NCBI GenBank assembly: GCA_050250555.1
Contig: JBFWOK010000005.1
Span: 14,602 to 78,601, forward strand
Origin: Limisphaerales bacterium
Lineage (GTDB): Bacteria > Verrucomicrobiota > Verrucomicrobiia > Limisphaerales > CAIMTB01
Direction: 5' to 3'
DNA: 64,000 nt
Shown here: positions 8,612 to 17,702 of the stretch, piece by piece
How positions within the stretch are numbered: position 1 is the first letter of the stretch
Layout: each line of letters starts with the position of its first letter
Translations under genes and position numbers: made by a program
Notes under the pieces: model-generated
Told to the model about the DNA's origin: nothing
Database searches by the model: none
Seen by the model: only the letters and a program-made list of their open reading frames with translations

Positions 8612-10375
8612 TCAGGGCTGAGTGGCCCGGTAGTAGAACGGGAAGGACGATGGCGGCGTGGGATCCTCCGCCGTGCCGTTGCCGGTGGCGTCCAGCGTGA
8701 CGGACGACGCATTCGACCAATTCGCGTTCGAACCGACCTGACCGCTTCGCTGAATGGTGTAGCGCGCCCCTGGAGTTCCGGAGATGTCGAAGGTGGGCTT
8801 CCCTCCCGGCGAAAGGCGCGGGTTCGAAAACCGCGCGGGAGCCGCGGGGGGTTCGGTGCCGCCACCACCGCCGAGCGTGCCCAACGAGAACAGCGTGTTG
8901 CGAAGGATGGATCCGGAACCGCCCATCTTGGGGATCGTGTTGGTGGACTGGTAAAAGGCGCGGGAGAATATAATGTGGCCGGTGAGCAACGCGTTGGTGG
9001 GAAAGGTCTTCGCGGGAATCACGATCGACGTGGCGGTCACGGGCAACTCAATCGGAACGCACGGATCCGGCGCCGAAAATCGGATCCTGCCGCGATCGTC
9101 GAAGATCGAGAGGGAGAGGAAATCACCCGGTCCGGCCCCTGTGAAAGCGTTCCAAGTCAGCGTGAAGTCCGCGTCGGCCCGGATTTTCTGGCCCTCGTCG
9201 AAGTTGACGATCCTGGGGACCGGGGGCGCGCCAGCGGGAAGCGTCATCGCCGCGACTGATTCCGGAAGCGTGCCGAGGGTGAACCGCAGGGTGTAGACGC
9301 CCGGCGGTGTGGCGGCGTCCTGGGCCGCCTCCGTGTCGAAATAGCGGATGTCCTGGAGGAACTGCCCCGGACTCGCCGTGAAGGCAACGCGCGTCCCGTC
9401 GGGATAGGTGAGGCTACCGGCCGTTGCGACCGGACCCAGCGCCGCCCCCTGGACGGTCGCCCCGAAGTTGAAGGATTGGGTCTCCGTCGAGGGTACGGGG
9501 TCGCCGGCGGACTCTTGCCGAAAGCTGGAGGTCTTGAAGAGGGAGTAGCTGCCCCAGTCGGGGGGAGAAACCGGCGGGTTGCACGGAATGCCGGACCCGG
9601 TGGTGAATCCACCGGCGTAGGTCCCGGACGGTACGACCAATCCAGCCGGGTTCTGGAGTTTCGAAGTCGCGCTTGCGGGATTCAGCGCCCACCGGATCTC
9701 CGTGCTCACCGGAAGATCCCCCTCGTAGTCGCAAAGAAGGCTCCGGCTGTTGGCGGACCAGGAGTAGCGAAATTTGGCGGGATCAAGGCCCTGCCCCGTC
9801 CAAGCCACGGCATCGGCAACGGGCGTGTTGGTCTTCATGGCCTGGTCGAAGTTGAACGAGATCACCGTCGCCGGATCGACGCGAATGCTGTCGTTTGCCG
9901 GGCTGCTCGACACCAACACAGGCACGGTTCCCCCGACCCCGGTCGCGAACGTCCCGCTCACGGTGTCCAGCAGGACTCCGCCCATGCTCTTGAGGGGAAA
10001 CAAGGCTCCCGGCGGATTCAGCCGCCAGGTGAACGTGGCGTAGGGGAACTGGATGGCCGGCTTGAGCGTCAGGCTCTTCTTGTCCGAGCCCCAGGTCGCG
10101 ATCAACGACTGGTTGAACCCGGGTGCGACGACTTCGAAATTCCCGACCAGAGCGTTCGGAATGGTCTGAAGGAGGAACACCGACGTGTCCATTTCCTGGT
10201 CGAAGACGAACACCACCGAAGCGGTCGTCGGCACGAGCATCGCGCCGTTCGTCGGTGACACCGACGCCAGCGTGGGCGCGGATTGGGCACGGCCGCTCGG
10301 CGCCGTCGCAAAGAGGATGGCGATGCCCATCGCGAGTATTGCGAGGCGGGGGGCTATGGAGTTTGGGCTTTTCAT
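8612..10375 (-). CDS. secreted protein with repeated Ig-like (SbsA/Big_5-type) domains
   Basis: Trimmed to ATG 10375 (MKSPNSIAPRLAILAMGIAILFATAPSGRAQS signal peptide). Contains repeated modules of the form SPxNGAxxVP..xFxFDQxM. Confidence 0.6.
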   Translation of the reverse strand: MKSPNSIAPRLAILAMGIAILFATAPSGRAQSAPTLASVSPTNGAMLVPTTASVVFVFDQEMDTSVFLLQTIPNALVGNFEVVAPGFNQSLIATWGSDKKSLTLKPAIQFPYATFTWRLNPPGALFPLKSMGGVLLDTVSGTFATGVGGTVPVLVSSSPANDSIRVDPATVISFNFDQAMKTNTPVADAVAWTGQGLDPAKFRYSWSANSRSLLCDYEGDLPVSTEIRWALNPASATSKLQNPAGLVVPSGTYAGGFTTGSGIPCNPPVSPPDWGSYSLFKTSSFRQESAGDPVPSTETQSFNFGATVQGAALGPVATAGSLTYPDGTRVAFTASPGQFLQDIRYFDTEAAQDAATPPGVYTLRFTLGTLPESVAAMTLPAGAPPVPRIVNFDEGQKIRADADFTLTWNAFTGAGPGDFLSLSIFDDRGRIRFSAPDPCVPIELPVTATSIVIPAKTFPTNALLTGHIIFSRAFYQSTNTIPKMGGSGSILRNTLFSLGTLGGGGGTEPPAAPARFSNPRLSPGGKPTFDISGTPGARYTIQRSGQVGSNANWSNASSVTLDATGNGTAEDPTPPSSFPFYYRATQP

Positions 10376-10708
10376 TGCGGTTTCGGACCTGGGTGGGTAC
10401 GCGCCCCTCACCCGAGGCCGCGGCCGGAGCATCCCGGTCGGTTTTGGGATCGGTATTGGGCGGCGAGTGCCATAGCGCCGAAACCTAACCGCTCGCCCAT
10501 TGAACGGAAGCCGGATTCCGACCCGACCCAGAAAGAAGCCCGTCCCTTTGTACTCGGGTCCTTTGGAGAGTGCGGTGCTCCGCACCGCTTTGGTGGGGCT
10601 CGCCATGGCTCGGCGATCCGCGGCGACCTCGGAGGTCGGATGCCAGACACCGGTTGATCGGCGGTTACCGCGCCAAATCCGCCACGGGACTCGACCCCCG
10701 CTCCGTCG

Positions 10709-12016
10709 TCACACACCCTTCGGTGGCTTATTCATCAGTCCGGCGGACTCCAACTCCCCGGCCAGGTAGCGCTGGCGCCAGGCGTCCCGCGAGATTTTGC
10801 CCCGGGTATTCGCCGGGATCTTCTCAACCACCTTCCATTCCCGGGGAATCTGCCACGCGGGCAGCCCTTGAAGGAGATCCGCTCGAATCCGATCGAGATC
10901 GAGTCCGGACGCCGCGTCTCCCGAGGGCGCGACGATCGCGACGATGTGCTCGTTCCGGCCGGCGACCTGCTCGGGAACACCGAAGACAAGGCAGGCCGCG
11001 ACACCGGGAATCGCGCTCACCGCGCGCTCGATCGTTTCGGGAGCCACCTTGCGGCCGGCCACGTTGATGAGATCGGTCGCCCGGCCAAGCAGCGAGACGC
11101 CGGAATGCGAGACCTCGACAAGATCATGCGAGCGATAGCGTCCGTGACCGAGGTGCAGCGTGTCGGGAGGCACATAGCCGAGCCCGACCGACGCGCCGCG
11201 CACCTCGAGGCAACCGTCCGCGCCGACCGAAAGATCGACGCCTCGCATCGGATGTCCCACCCACGTCTCGGAGGACCTGGGGACGCACCCGGAATCGTAG
11301 GCGATTCCACCGCATTCGGTGGAGCCATAGAAGTTGTGAATCTTGAGGCCATGGCGTTCGTGGATGGCGCGCTCCAGGGAGACGGCGAGCGGCGCGCCCG
11401 CGGAGATGGCGAGCCGGATGTTGGCGGGGATGGAACCGGCTTCGAACCACTGCCTCCAGAGGACGGGGACCGCGGGCAGCGTGACCTCGGGCCGGGTTCG
11501 GCAGGCGCGGCGGAGCGCTTCCGGGAGTCTGCTCTCGGCGACCACGAGCGGGATGCCATGAAGCAGGAGTGGAAGCACGAGATTCGAGTACCCATACGAA
11601 TGGGCCAGGGAGATGACCGCGACGTTGGGCCAGCCTGGCCGGAGGCCCATGGTCTCGACGATCTGGTCGGCATCGGCGGCCAGCTGGGCGGCGGTGAAAG
11701 CGACCATCCGGGAAACCCCTGTCGATGCGGAGGTGAGCTTCAGGTGGACGCATTCGCGAGGGATTTCGGGGATCGAGCCGGCGGTCTGATCGGCGTCGAG
11801 CGGACAGACGATCCGGCCGTGCCGCCAGGCCCGGAGGACATCCAGCACGAACTCGGCGCCGTTGCCGGCGGGGTGGACCACGCGTTGCGGGAGCGGGGAC
11901 GAATCGGCTTCGCGTTCGAGGTCGGCGAAGGTCCAGGAGCGCGCGGTATGGACATCCAGGATGGCGGGCGCGGTCCGCCAAGACCGCGCGACTTGAAGCC
12001 ACCGCTCGTACAGCAT
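10709..12016 (-). CDS. short AMP-dependent adenylate-forming enzyme (aryl/acyl-ACP or -CoA ligase-like)
   Basis: Trimmed to ATG 12016. ANL motifs LTSASTGVSR, FYGSTECGG, GRATDLINVAGRKVAPETIE and terminal GKISR. About 435 aa, similar in size to aryl-polyene starter ligases. Confidence 0.8.
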   Translation of the reverse strand: MLYERWLQVARSWRTAPAILDVHTARSWTFADLEREADSSPLPQRVVHPAGNGAEFVLDVLRAWRHGRIVCPLDADQTAGSIPEIPRECVHLKLTSASTGVSRMVAFTAAQLAADADQIVETMGLRPGWPNVAVISLAHSYGYSNLVLPLLLHGIPLVVAESRLPEALRRACRTRPEVTLPAVPVLWRQWFEAGSIPANIRLAISAGAPLAVSLERAIHERHGLKIHNFYGSTECGGIAYDSGCVPRSSETWVGHPMRGVDLSVGADGCLEVRGASVGLGYVPPDTLHLGHGRYRSHDLVEVSHSGVSLLGRATDLINVAGRKVAPETIERAVSAIPGVAACLVFGVPEQVAGRNEHIVAIVAPSGDAASGLDLDRIRADLLQGLPAWQIPREWKVVEKIPANTRGKISRDAWRQRYLAGELESAGLMNKPPKGV

Positions 12017-12059
12017 TGAGTGCTTCGTAGGTGATGCGTAGCGTCGGGGCAAGCGGCTT

Positions 12060-12902
12060 GTGTTTCGAGCATCCTCATTCTCATTCTCATTCTCGTTCCC
12101 AACGGTGATCCCGCCATGGATCGGGGCGCTGGGGCTGCTGCTCCTCGCGGCTTCAGGGTGCGCGCCTCGTCAGCGGGCCGCGCTCGAAACGCCCCTCTCG
12201 TTCACTTTCGGGAGCGACACCTTCGCCTTCCCGAACCAGACCTACTGGAGTTATCGCGAGAATCCCGAGACCGGAGTCATGGAGCATGAGACCCGGGTTC
12301 CGCGGGCGGACTACGCCCACCGCTGCTTCGTCCTGGTGCGGGCGGCCAAGGAATTCAAGCTGCACGCCGCCTTTCGACCAGAGCTTCCGCGCGCCTCGGC
12401 CGAATCCTATCGCCGGAAAGTGCGCGCCGTGGTCCGGCGATCGTCCCGCCGGGCGGCGTCGGAGGCCGATCGGATTGAGTTCCCGGGGTACGCGGATCTG
12501 AAAGCCTTCAGCGCCGAGCATCGCGCAATTCTCACGGAGGAGTTGGGCGGATCCTGGCAGAGCTACGCGCAGCGGGGGCACTGGCGGATTCTGTTTCCCT
12601 TTTCGAGACGCCACCAGGCGGGCGTCGCGGAGCGGCTCGAGGAGAAACTGGCGAACGGCGCGATCGCGGCGGTGCATGTCATCCGCTTTCCCGATCTCAC
12701 CATCAACCACGCGGTCCTCGCGTACGCGGCGCGCTCCGGGACCGATTCGATCCGAATCATGGCGTACGATCCGAACAACGCGGAGGAACCCATTGAACTC
12801 CTGTTCGACCGCGCGACCGGCCGGTTCACCATGCCGCGAACGCCATACTTCCTCGGGGGAGAAGTCGACGCCTACGAAGTCTATTGCTCGGCTTGGTACT
12901 GA
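12060..12902 (+). CDS. hypothetical lipoprotein with possible Cys/His/Asp (transglutaminase-like) triad
   Basis: Lipobox LLLLAASGC. Start is uncertain (GTG 12060 or GTG 12105). Candidate triad residues lie in HRCFVLVRAAKEF, INHAVLAY and AYDPNN. Confidence 0.55.
   Translation: MFRASSFSFSFSFPTVIPPWIGALGLLLLAASGCAPRQRAALETPLSFTFGSDTFAFPNQTYWSYRENPETGVMEHETRVPRADYAHRCFVLVRAAKEFKLHAAFRPELPRASAESYRRKVRAVVRRSSRRAASEADRIEFPGYADLKAFSAEHRAILTEELGGSWQSYAQRGHWRILFPFSRRHQAGVAERLEEKLANGAIAAVHVIRFPDLTINHAVLAYAARSGTDSIRIMAYDPNNAEEPIELLFDRATGRFTMPRTPYFLGGEVDAYEVYCSAWY
12075..12098. repeat. hexanucleotide microsatellite (TCATTC)3 plus one degenerate unit
   Basis: tcattctcattctcattctcgttc. On the minus strand it reads (GAATGA)n, 60-80 nt upstream of the ligase start at 12016. 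Confidence 0.75.
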
Positions 12903-13240
12903 GTCGCGCCGGTACCGGACCCGGCGGGGCTGGCCGGGTCGGCGGAGCCGATGGGGCCGGTTCCAAGGCCGGGACGAGCGCCCCGACGATAGAGCAATCC
13001 GAAGAACGCCGCTCCGCAGAGATTCACCCCAAGGGTGTACCCGAGCTTGTACGGCCGGCCCGAGTTGAAGGTGGCGTAAATGAACGTGTCGTGACCGAGG
13101 ACGAGTCCGGGAAACATGCACGGCATGGCGGCGCCATGAATCAATCCCGCGCCAAAGCCGGCCGGACGGGCACGGCGGGCCTCATGCCGGCTGATCGCGC
13201 CGGTCAACAGCCCGATCGCCGCCGCGACCCCGATTCCCAC
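12881..13240 (-). CDS. small hydrophobic membrane protein
   Basis: 119 aa with about 3 hydrophobic segments and high third-position G+C in this frame. Converges on the previous gene with a 22-bp overlap. Confidence 0.5.
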   Translation of the reverse strand: MGIGVAAAIGLLTGAISRHEARRARPAGFGAGLIHGAAMPCMFPGLVLGHDTFIYATFNSGRPYKLGYTLGVNLCGAAFFGLLYRRGARPGLGTGPIGSADPASPAGSGTGATQYQAEQ

Positions 13241-13347
13241 GAGGAGGCGAAGGGCAATTCTTGGGACGCGCCTGGAGGGTCGACGCCGGGGCGTGGTCGG
13301 GTGGCACGAAGCTTGTTCCTGGGATCGCGTTTGCGTAGGAGAAGACC

Positions 13348-14034
13348 ATGTTCCTGAGCCACCGGAGTCGCCAAGCCGAATGCTTTGACGAACCGGGACG
13401 CCCGCCCGCCGACATCGCGCGCGACTACGCGCAGCTTGGAAGGATCAACCGCCTCTTCCGTCATGCCGACCCGTTCACCCGCCGTCTGGCGCCAAGGGAA
13501 GTGGGGGAATCGTCCTGGACCCGAGCGGACGTGCTCGAAGTGGGAGCGGGCGACGGGCAATTGGCGGTCGAGTTGATGCAATGGGCGGATCGGCGCGGGT
13601 GGAAATGGGAGTTCACGTGCCTCGACCTGAACGCCACCGGGATCGAGCGGAACCCGATTCCGCGGAAACTCGTCGGCGACGCCACCAACCTGCCGTTCCC
13701 GGACGCGTCCTTCGACCTCGTGATCGCGTCGCAGATGACGCATCACCTGACCGACGACGGCGTGGTGGCGCATCTCCGGGAGGGCTGGCGGGTCGCGCGC
13801 CGGCGATTGATCGTGAGCGACCTGCATCGCAATCCGTTCCTGTACGGTCTTGTGCGGACGGTGACCCCATGGATGGGATTGGCGCCCCACCTGATCGAGG
13901 ACGGACTGATCTCGGTCCGACGCGGGTTCCGGGTTGGCGAACTCCGCGGGATGGGGCTCCGCGCGGGAATTCCGACCCCGCGCGTCACGGTCGAATTCGG
14001 CTGCCGCATCGTTCTCGACGCGGTGAAGGCCTAG
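13348..14034 (+). CDS. class I SAM-dependent methyltransferase
   Basis: Motif I VLEVGAGDGQLAVEL; post-I and motif II-like LDLN..DLVIASQMTHHL. Confidence 0.8.
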   Translation: MFLSHRSRQAECFDEPGRPPADIARDYAQLGRINRLFRHADPFTRRLAPREVGESSWTRADVLEVGAGDGQLAVELMQWADRRGWKWEFTCLDLNATGIERNPIPRKLVGDATNLPFPDASFDLVIASQMTHHLTDDGVVAHLREGWRVARRRLIVSDLHRNPFLYGLVRTVTPWMGLAPHLIEDGLISVRRGFRVGELRGMGLRAGIPTPRVTVEFGCRIVLDAVKA

Positions 14035-14070
14035 CGTTGGCGGGAAATGGGAGCGCGTCGGAGACGCGGC

Positions 14071-14865
14071 TCAATGGGGTTCCGTTCTCGAAATCCGCTC
14101 GGAACAGGCGGGCTCTTGCGACCTCGAGGGGGCGGGGACGGGGCGGACGGCGACGTGAATCCCGGAGGAACCAGGCTTTGACGTGGTGGCGCGGGCACGG
14201 ATGGCCCCCACGTACCAGCGGAGCCAGCGCAACGAATCCCGGATCGGGGCGATCTTGCTCGTCTCGACGCCGTACACCGATTGAACCGGAACAAACTCGA
14301 TCGACGCGCCAACGCGAACGCTCGCCACGATCATCTCCGATTCGACCTCGAACCTCCGCGACCCGAGATTCAGGCGTTGCCAGAGGTCGAGCCGGATGAG
14401 GCGGAATCCGCACTGGGAATCGGGAATCGCGCGGCCGACGAGGACCCCAATCCATCGGCTCAGCACCTGGTTGACGACGCGTCGGAGCCAAGGCATGCGG
14501 GGCGCGTTGGCGAACCGGTTCCCAATGATCAACCCGGCGCCGGATTCGGAGGCGGCCGTCAGGAAGACGGGGATATCGTCGGCGGAATGCTGTCCGTCGC
14601 CATCGAGGCACAGCGCCCAAGCCGCTCCCATTTCGAGCGCGTGCGACAGGCCTGTCGCCAAAGCGGCGCCTTTGCCTCGCGGGCTGGGATGCTGGAGCAC
14701 GACAGCCCCCGCGGAAGCCGCCAGGGCCGCCGTCCCGTCGGTGGACCCGTCGTCGACGACGATCACCCGGCTGATGTGCCGGCGCGCGCCCTCGACGACG
14801 TCGCCGATATGACGCGCCTCGTTCAGACAGGGGATGACGGCGAGGCCGGCACCGTCGGTGTTCAC
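14071..14865 (-). CDS. glycosyltransferase family 2
   Basis: GT-A signature LAVIPCLNEARHI..VIVVDDGSTDGT..LDGDGQH. GTG start. Confidence 0.8.
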   Translation of the reverse strand: MNTDGAGLAVIPCLNEARHIGDVVEGARRHISRVIVVDDGSTDGTAALAASAGAVVLQHPSPRGKGAALATGLSHALEMGAAWALCLDGDGQHSADDIPVFLTAASESGAGLIIGNRFANAPRMPWLRRVVNQVLSRWIGVLVGRAIPDSQCGFRLIRLDLWQRLNLGSRRFEVESEMIVASVRVGASIEFVPVQSVYGVETSKIAPIRDSLRWLRWYVGAIRARATTSKPGSSGIHVAVRPVPAPSRSQEPACSERISRTEPH

Positions 14866-14982
14866 GGCCCAAAACTACGGGTGTTGGGAACCCGAGGCGA
14901 GCGGCAGTTCCGGTGCCTGGGAGGCGGAAGGCGCATTTCGTCCACGGCTTTTGATTTGCCCCCTTCGGGATGGAACGGATTA

Positions 14983-16089
14983 ATGGGCTGGTTGAGTTCA
15001 TTCGACATTCAGCCACGCGACCAGGATTTGGACCTTCAGGGGCAGGCTCAGGACGGACTGCATGCCCGGGCGAGGACGGTGACCTCCGATGAATTCGGAC
15101 GTCGGGTGTTCGTGCGAGGGGTGGTCGAGGTTTCGAACTACTGCCGGGAGAACTGCGGCTATTGCGGGATGCGCCGCGACAACCGGGACCTGGCTCGGTT
15201 CCGCGTGGAGCCGGAACGGCTCGCGGAATTGCTGGTCGAGGCGCGGCCCGCGGCGATCACCGATCTCAACATCCAGACCGGTGAGGATCCGCGGGCGATG
15301 GACGAAGTCGTGCTTCCGCTGATCAGCCTTCTTCGCCGGCACACCTCGCTGGGAATCAGCGTCTGCCTCGGCACTTTGGACGCAGGCCGCTACAGGGCGC
15401 TTCGCGACTCGGGAGCGACGATCTACATCATGAAGTTCGAGATCTCCGATGCGGATCGATACAAGGAATTCCGGGCGCCGGGGACGCTCGAGGAGCGACT
15501 GCGTCACATTCGAATGCTGGCCGGCGACGGATGGCACGTGAGTTCCGGGTTCATTGCGGGACTGCCCGGGGAGACGGAGGCCCATCGCCTGAAGAACATC
15601 TCGCTGGCGGTGTCGTTGCCGTTGTCCGGATGCAGCGTGAGCCCGTTCATCCCCGGAGCGGAGACCTCGCTTTCGTCCGCGCCGCCAGGCGACGTCGAAC
15701 TGACTCTCAACTGCATGGCGTGGCTGCGGATTCTGCGACCGGACTGGGTGATCCCCGCCGTGAGCGCCCTGAATCTCTCCCAACCCGGGCTCGGCTACCG
15801 GCGAGGCCTGCGGGCGGGCGCGAATCTCGTCACCATGAACCTCACGCCGGAGGCTTTTCGCGGGGACTATCTCCTCTACACCCGCGACCGGTATGTCATG
15901 ACCGAGGAACGCGTGCTCACCGCGATCGCCAAGGAAGGACTCGAACCGTCGCCGGTCAGCCTCGCCGAACATTACGCCGCGAGGCCCCGGGTCTTGCCGG
16001 CCGCGGGTCCCGGGTTGGAAGCGGACGCCGGTCCTGGCGCTGGGTTGACCCCCGGGGCTTTGCCAGCGCCCGCGACCGGAATGGGCTGA
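14983..16089 (+). CDS. radical SAM enzyme, HydE/BioB/PylB-like
   Basis: Track ORF 14281..16089 trimmed to in-frame ATG 14983. The upstream part is antisense to the GT2 gene. Cluster motif NYCRENCGYCGMRR (CxxxCxxC) with a TIM-barrel-sized body. The Ala/Gly/Pro-rich tail overlaps the next gene. Confidence 0.8.
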   Translation: MGWLSSFDIQPRDQDLDLQGQAQDGLHARARTVTSDEFGRRVFVRGVVEVSNYCRENCGYCGMRRDNRDLARFRVEPERLAELLVEARPAAITDLNIQTGEDPRAMDEVVLPLISLLRRHTSLGISVCLGTLDAGRYRALRDSGATIYIMKFEISDADRYKEFRAPGTLEERLRHIRMLAGDGWHVSSGFIAGLPGETEAHRLKNISLAVSLPLSGCSVSPFIPGAETSLSSAPPGDVELTLNCMAWLRILRPDWVIPAVSALNLSQPGLGYRRGLRAGANLVTMNLTPEAFRGDYLLYTRDRYVMTEERVLTAIAKEGLEPSPVSLAEHYAARPRVLPAAGPGLEADAGPGAGLTPGALPAPATGMG

Positions 16090-17594
16090 GCCGCAACGGG
16101 GCCGCTCCGACGCCGTCCCCACGAGCGCCAGCCTTCGGTGAGTTCGAGCAGAAGCCAGCGGCCCAGCGCCGAAATCACGGGACGGGCACTCATCGGATCC
16201 AGGGAGAAACCACCGAACAGAAAGCGTTCACGGTCATTGCGTCGCCCGAAGGCGCCCCGCGCGCGCCGTGATTCCGCGATGGCGGCCAACCTCCGGTTGT
16301 AGGCGCGCATCAGATGGAACACGGGAACCGACGGGCCCGTGGAAAACACAGGCTGCAGGAGGGCGGCGTCACCCCGCTTGAAGGGCTGCGACACGATGCC
16401 GAGATAGTACAATCCGAGGTCGAGAACAAAGGCCAGGCGCATCAGTTCGAAGTCACCGAGGTACGCATACTTGTTTTCGTACACCGCTTCGAACCACCGG
16501 TCGTAGCTCCGACCGAACGTGGCGTTGTGCCGGGCGAGTACCGGCGCCAGTTCCTCGCCCCCAAGACCCCGACGGACGATGTCCACACCCGAAAACGTGG
16601 TGAACGCGAGCCAGTCCATTCCCGGACTGTAGAATGGGTCGATGAACCCCGCCGCGTCCCCAACCACGACGAACCCATCGCCCGCAATCACGCGACTGCG
16701 GTACGCGAGATGCCGCCGCCAGTGAACATCGCCTTCCTTCCACCGAGCCCGTGCGAGGATCTCGCGCGCCGCCGGATGTCGATCCAGGAAGGCCTTGAGG
16801 CGCTCGCCGACGGATCCGGTTTCGGGCCAGTGAACACGGCGCTCATCAAAGACGACGCCAACGCTCACGTCGCCGTCCTTCAGCGGAATGCACCAGGCCC
16901 ACCAACCGTCGCCCATGAAATGGTTGGTCGCGGTGCCCCGAATGCCCGGGCACGCCGCCGCCCACTCCGGATGTCGCTCCGCCAGTTCCCGGCCGTCCCA
17001 GTCGGCAACCCCTTCCCACCGGGCCCACGCCGACGAGGTGGGATGGCGGGTATTCGGCTCGAGCCAACCCTCCTGTCTCGCGAGAACGGCGCCGACTCCG
17101 GAGGCATCGACAACCCATCGCGCACGGACCTCCAACGCGACATCCTCGCGTCGGACCGTCACCGACTGAAGGCCGCCTGGTCTGAGATCCACGCGCGCGG
17201 CGCTGGCGGGACGCCAGACCGTCGCGCCCGCCGAAACGGCCAACTCGAGGACCTTCTCGTCGAGGACGGCGCGGTCGACCTGGTAGGCCGGAAGCCGAAC
17301 GAGGTATCGACCGCCGATCTCCGAACTGTCGGCCAGATTCGAAGTGCGCCCGTTCTGGAACCAGAACCGCATCCCCTGTTTGACCAAGTGGTGTTCGTTG
17401 AGGTGCCGCGTCAGACCCAGCACGCGCCCGAGGAAATAGCCGCTGATCTCGACGGTCGCCTCGCCGACCCGCCGCCGGAAAACGGGCGCCCGTTCAAGGA
17501 TCAGGACTCGAAGGTCGGGCTGTTGACGAAGCAACAGGACGGCCGCGGACGCGCCGGCGAGCGAGCCACCGAGGATGACGACATCCCAGGACAC
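15972..17594 (-). CDS. flavin-dependent halogenase-like FAD oxidoreductase
   Basis: FAD fold DVVILGGSLAGASAA; WAWCIP matches WxWxIP; GDAAGFIDPFYSPG matches FxxPxxSxG. Start is uncertain: GTG 17594 (MSWDVVILGG) is preferred and TTG 17666 is the alternative. The upstream 200+ codons of the track ORF are antisense to the KS gene. Confidence 0.75.
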   Translation of the reverse strand: MSWDVVILGGSLAGASAAVLLLRQQPDLRVLILERAPVFRRRVGEATVEISGYFLGRVLGLTRHLNEHHLVKQGMRFWFQNGRTSNLADSSEIGGRYLVRLPAYQVDRAVLDEKVLELAVSAGATVWRPASAARVDLRPGGLQSVTVRREDVALEVRARWVVDASGVGAVLARQEGWLEPNTRHPTSSAWARWEGVADWDGRELAERHPEWAAACPGIRGTATNHFMGDGWWAWCIPLKDGDVSVGVVFDERRVHWPETGSVGERLKAFLDRHPAAREILARARWKEGDVHWRRHLAYRSRVIAGDGFVVVGDAAGFIDPFYSPGMDWLAFTTFSGVDIVRRGLGGEELAPVLARHNATFGRSYDRWFEAVYENKYAYLGDFELMRLAFVLDLGLYYLGIVSQPFKRGDAALLQPVFSTGPSVPVFHLMRAYNRRLAAIAESRRARGAFGRRNDRERFLFGGFSLDPMSARPVISALGRWLLLELTEGWRSWGRRRSGPVAAQPIPVAGAGKAPGVNPAPGPASASNPGPAAGKTRGLAA

Positions 17595-17702
17595 GTCGGT
17601 CTCGGGAGGAGGGCTCCCGGCGCTGGAAGATGCGGCGCTCAGGCGGCGGAAGGATGGACGCGTCAAGGGGTGGGTGGCAATCTTCGGACGCCGACCCTGC
17701 CT

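Noticed and set aside
10572-10588. Hairpin GCGGTG-ctccg-CACCGC followed by TTT, a possible terminator downstream of the ligase gene
   Set aside because: The T-run is on the plus strand, where no gene ends nearby. On the minus strand, downstream of the ligase, there is no U-tract. The stem is only 6 bp.
14281-14982. N-terminal 234-codon extension of the radical SAM ORF, and likewise the 15972..18260 and 46491..48461 extensions
   Set aside because: The extensions run antisense through neighbouring real genes (GT2, KS, histidine kinase) and are Arg/Pro/Gly-rich. Domain boundaries and stop/start overlaps support the shorter models.
15532-15547. TGGCAC-gtgag-TTCC inside the radical SAM gene, and other TGGCAC hits at about 25853 and 55511, as sigma-54 promoters
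   Set aside because: They are located inside coding sequence or lack a GC at the -12 spacing. Only the 50195-50210 site has correct geometry in an intergenic position.
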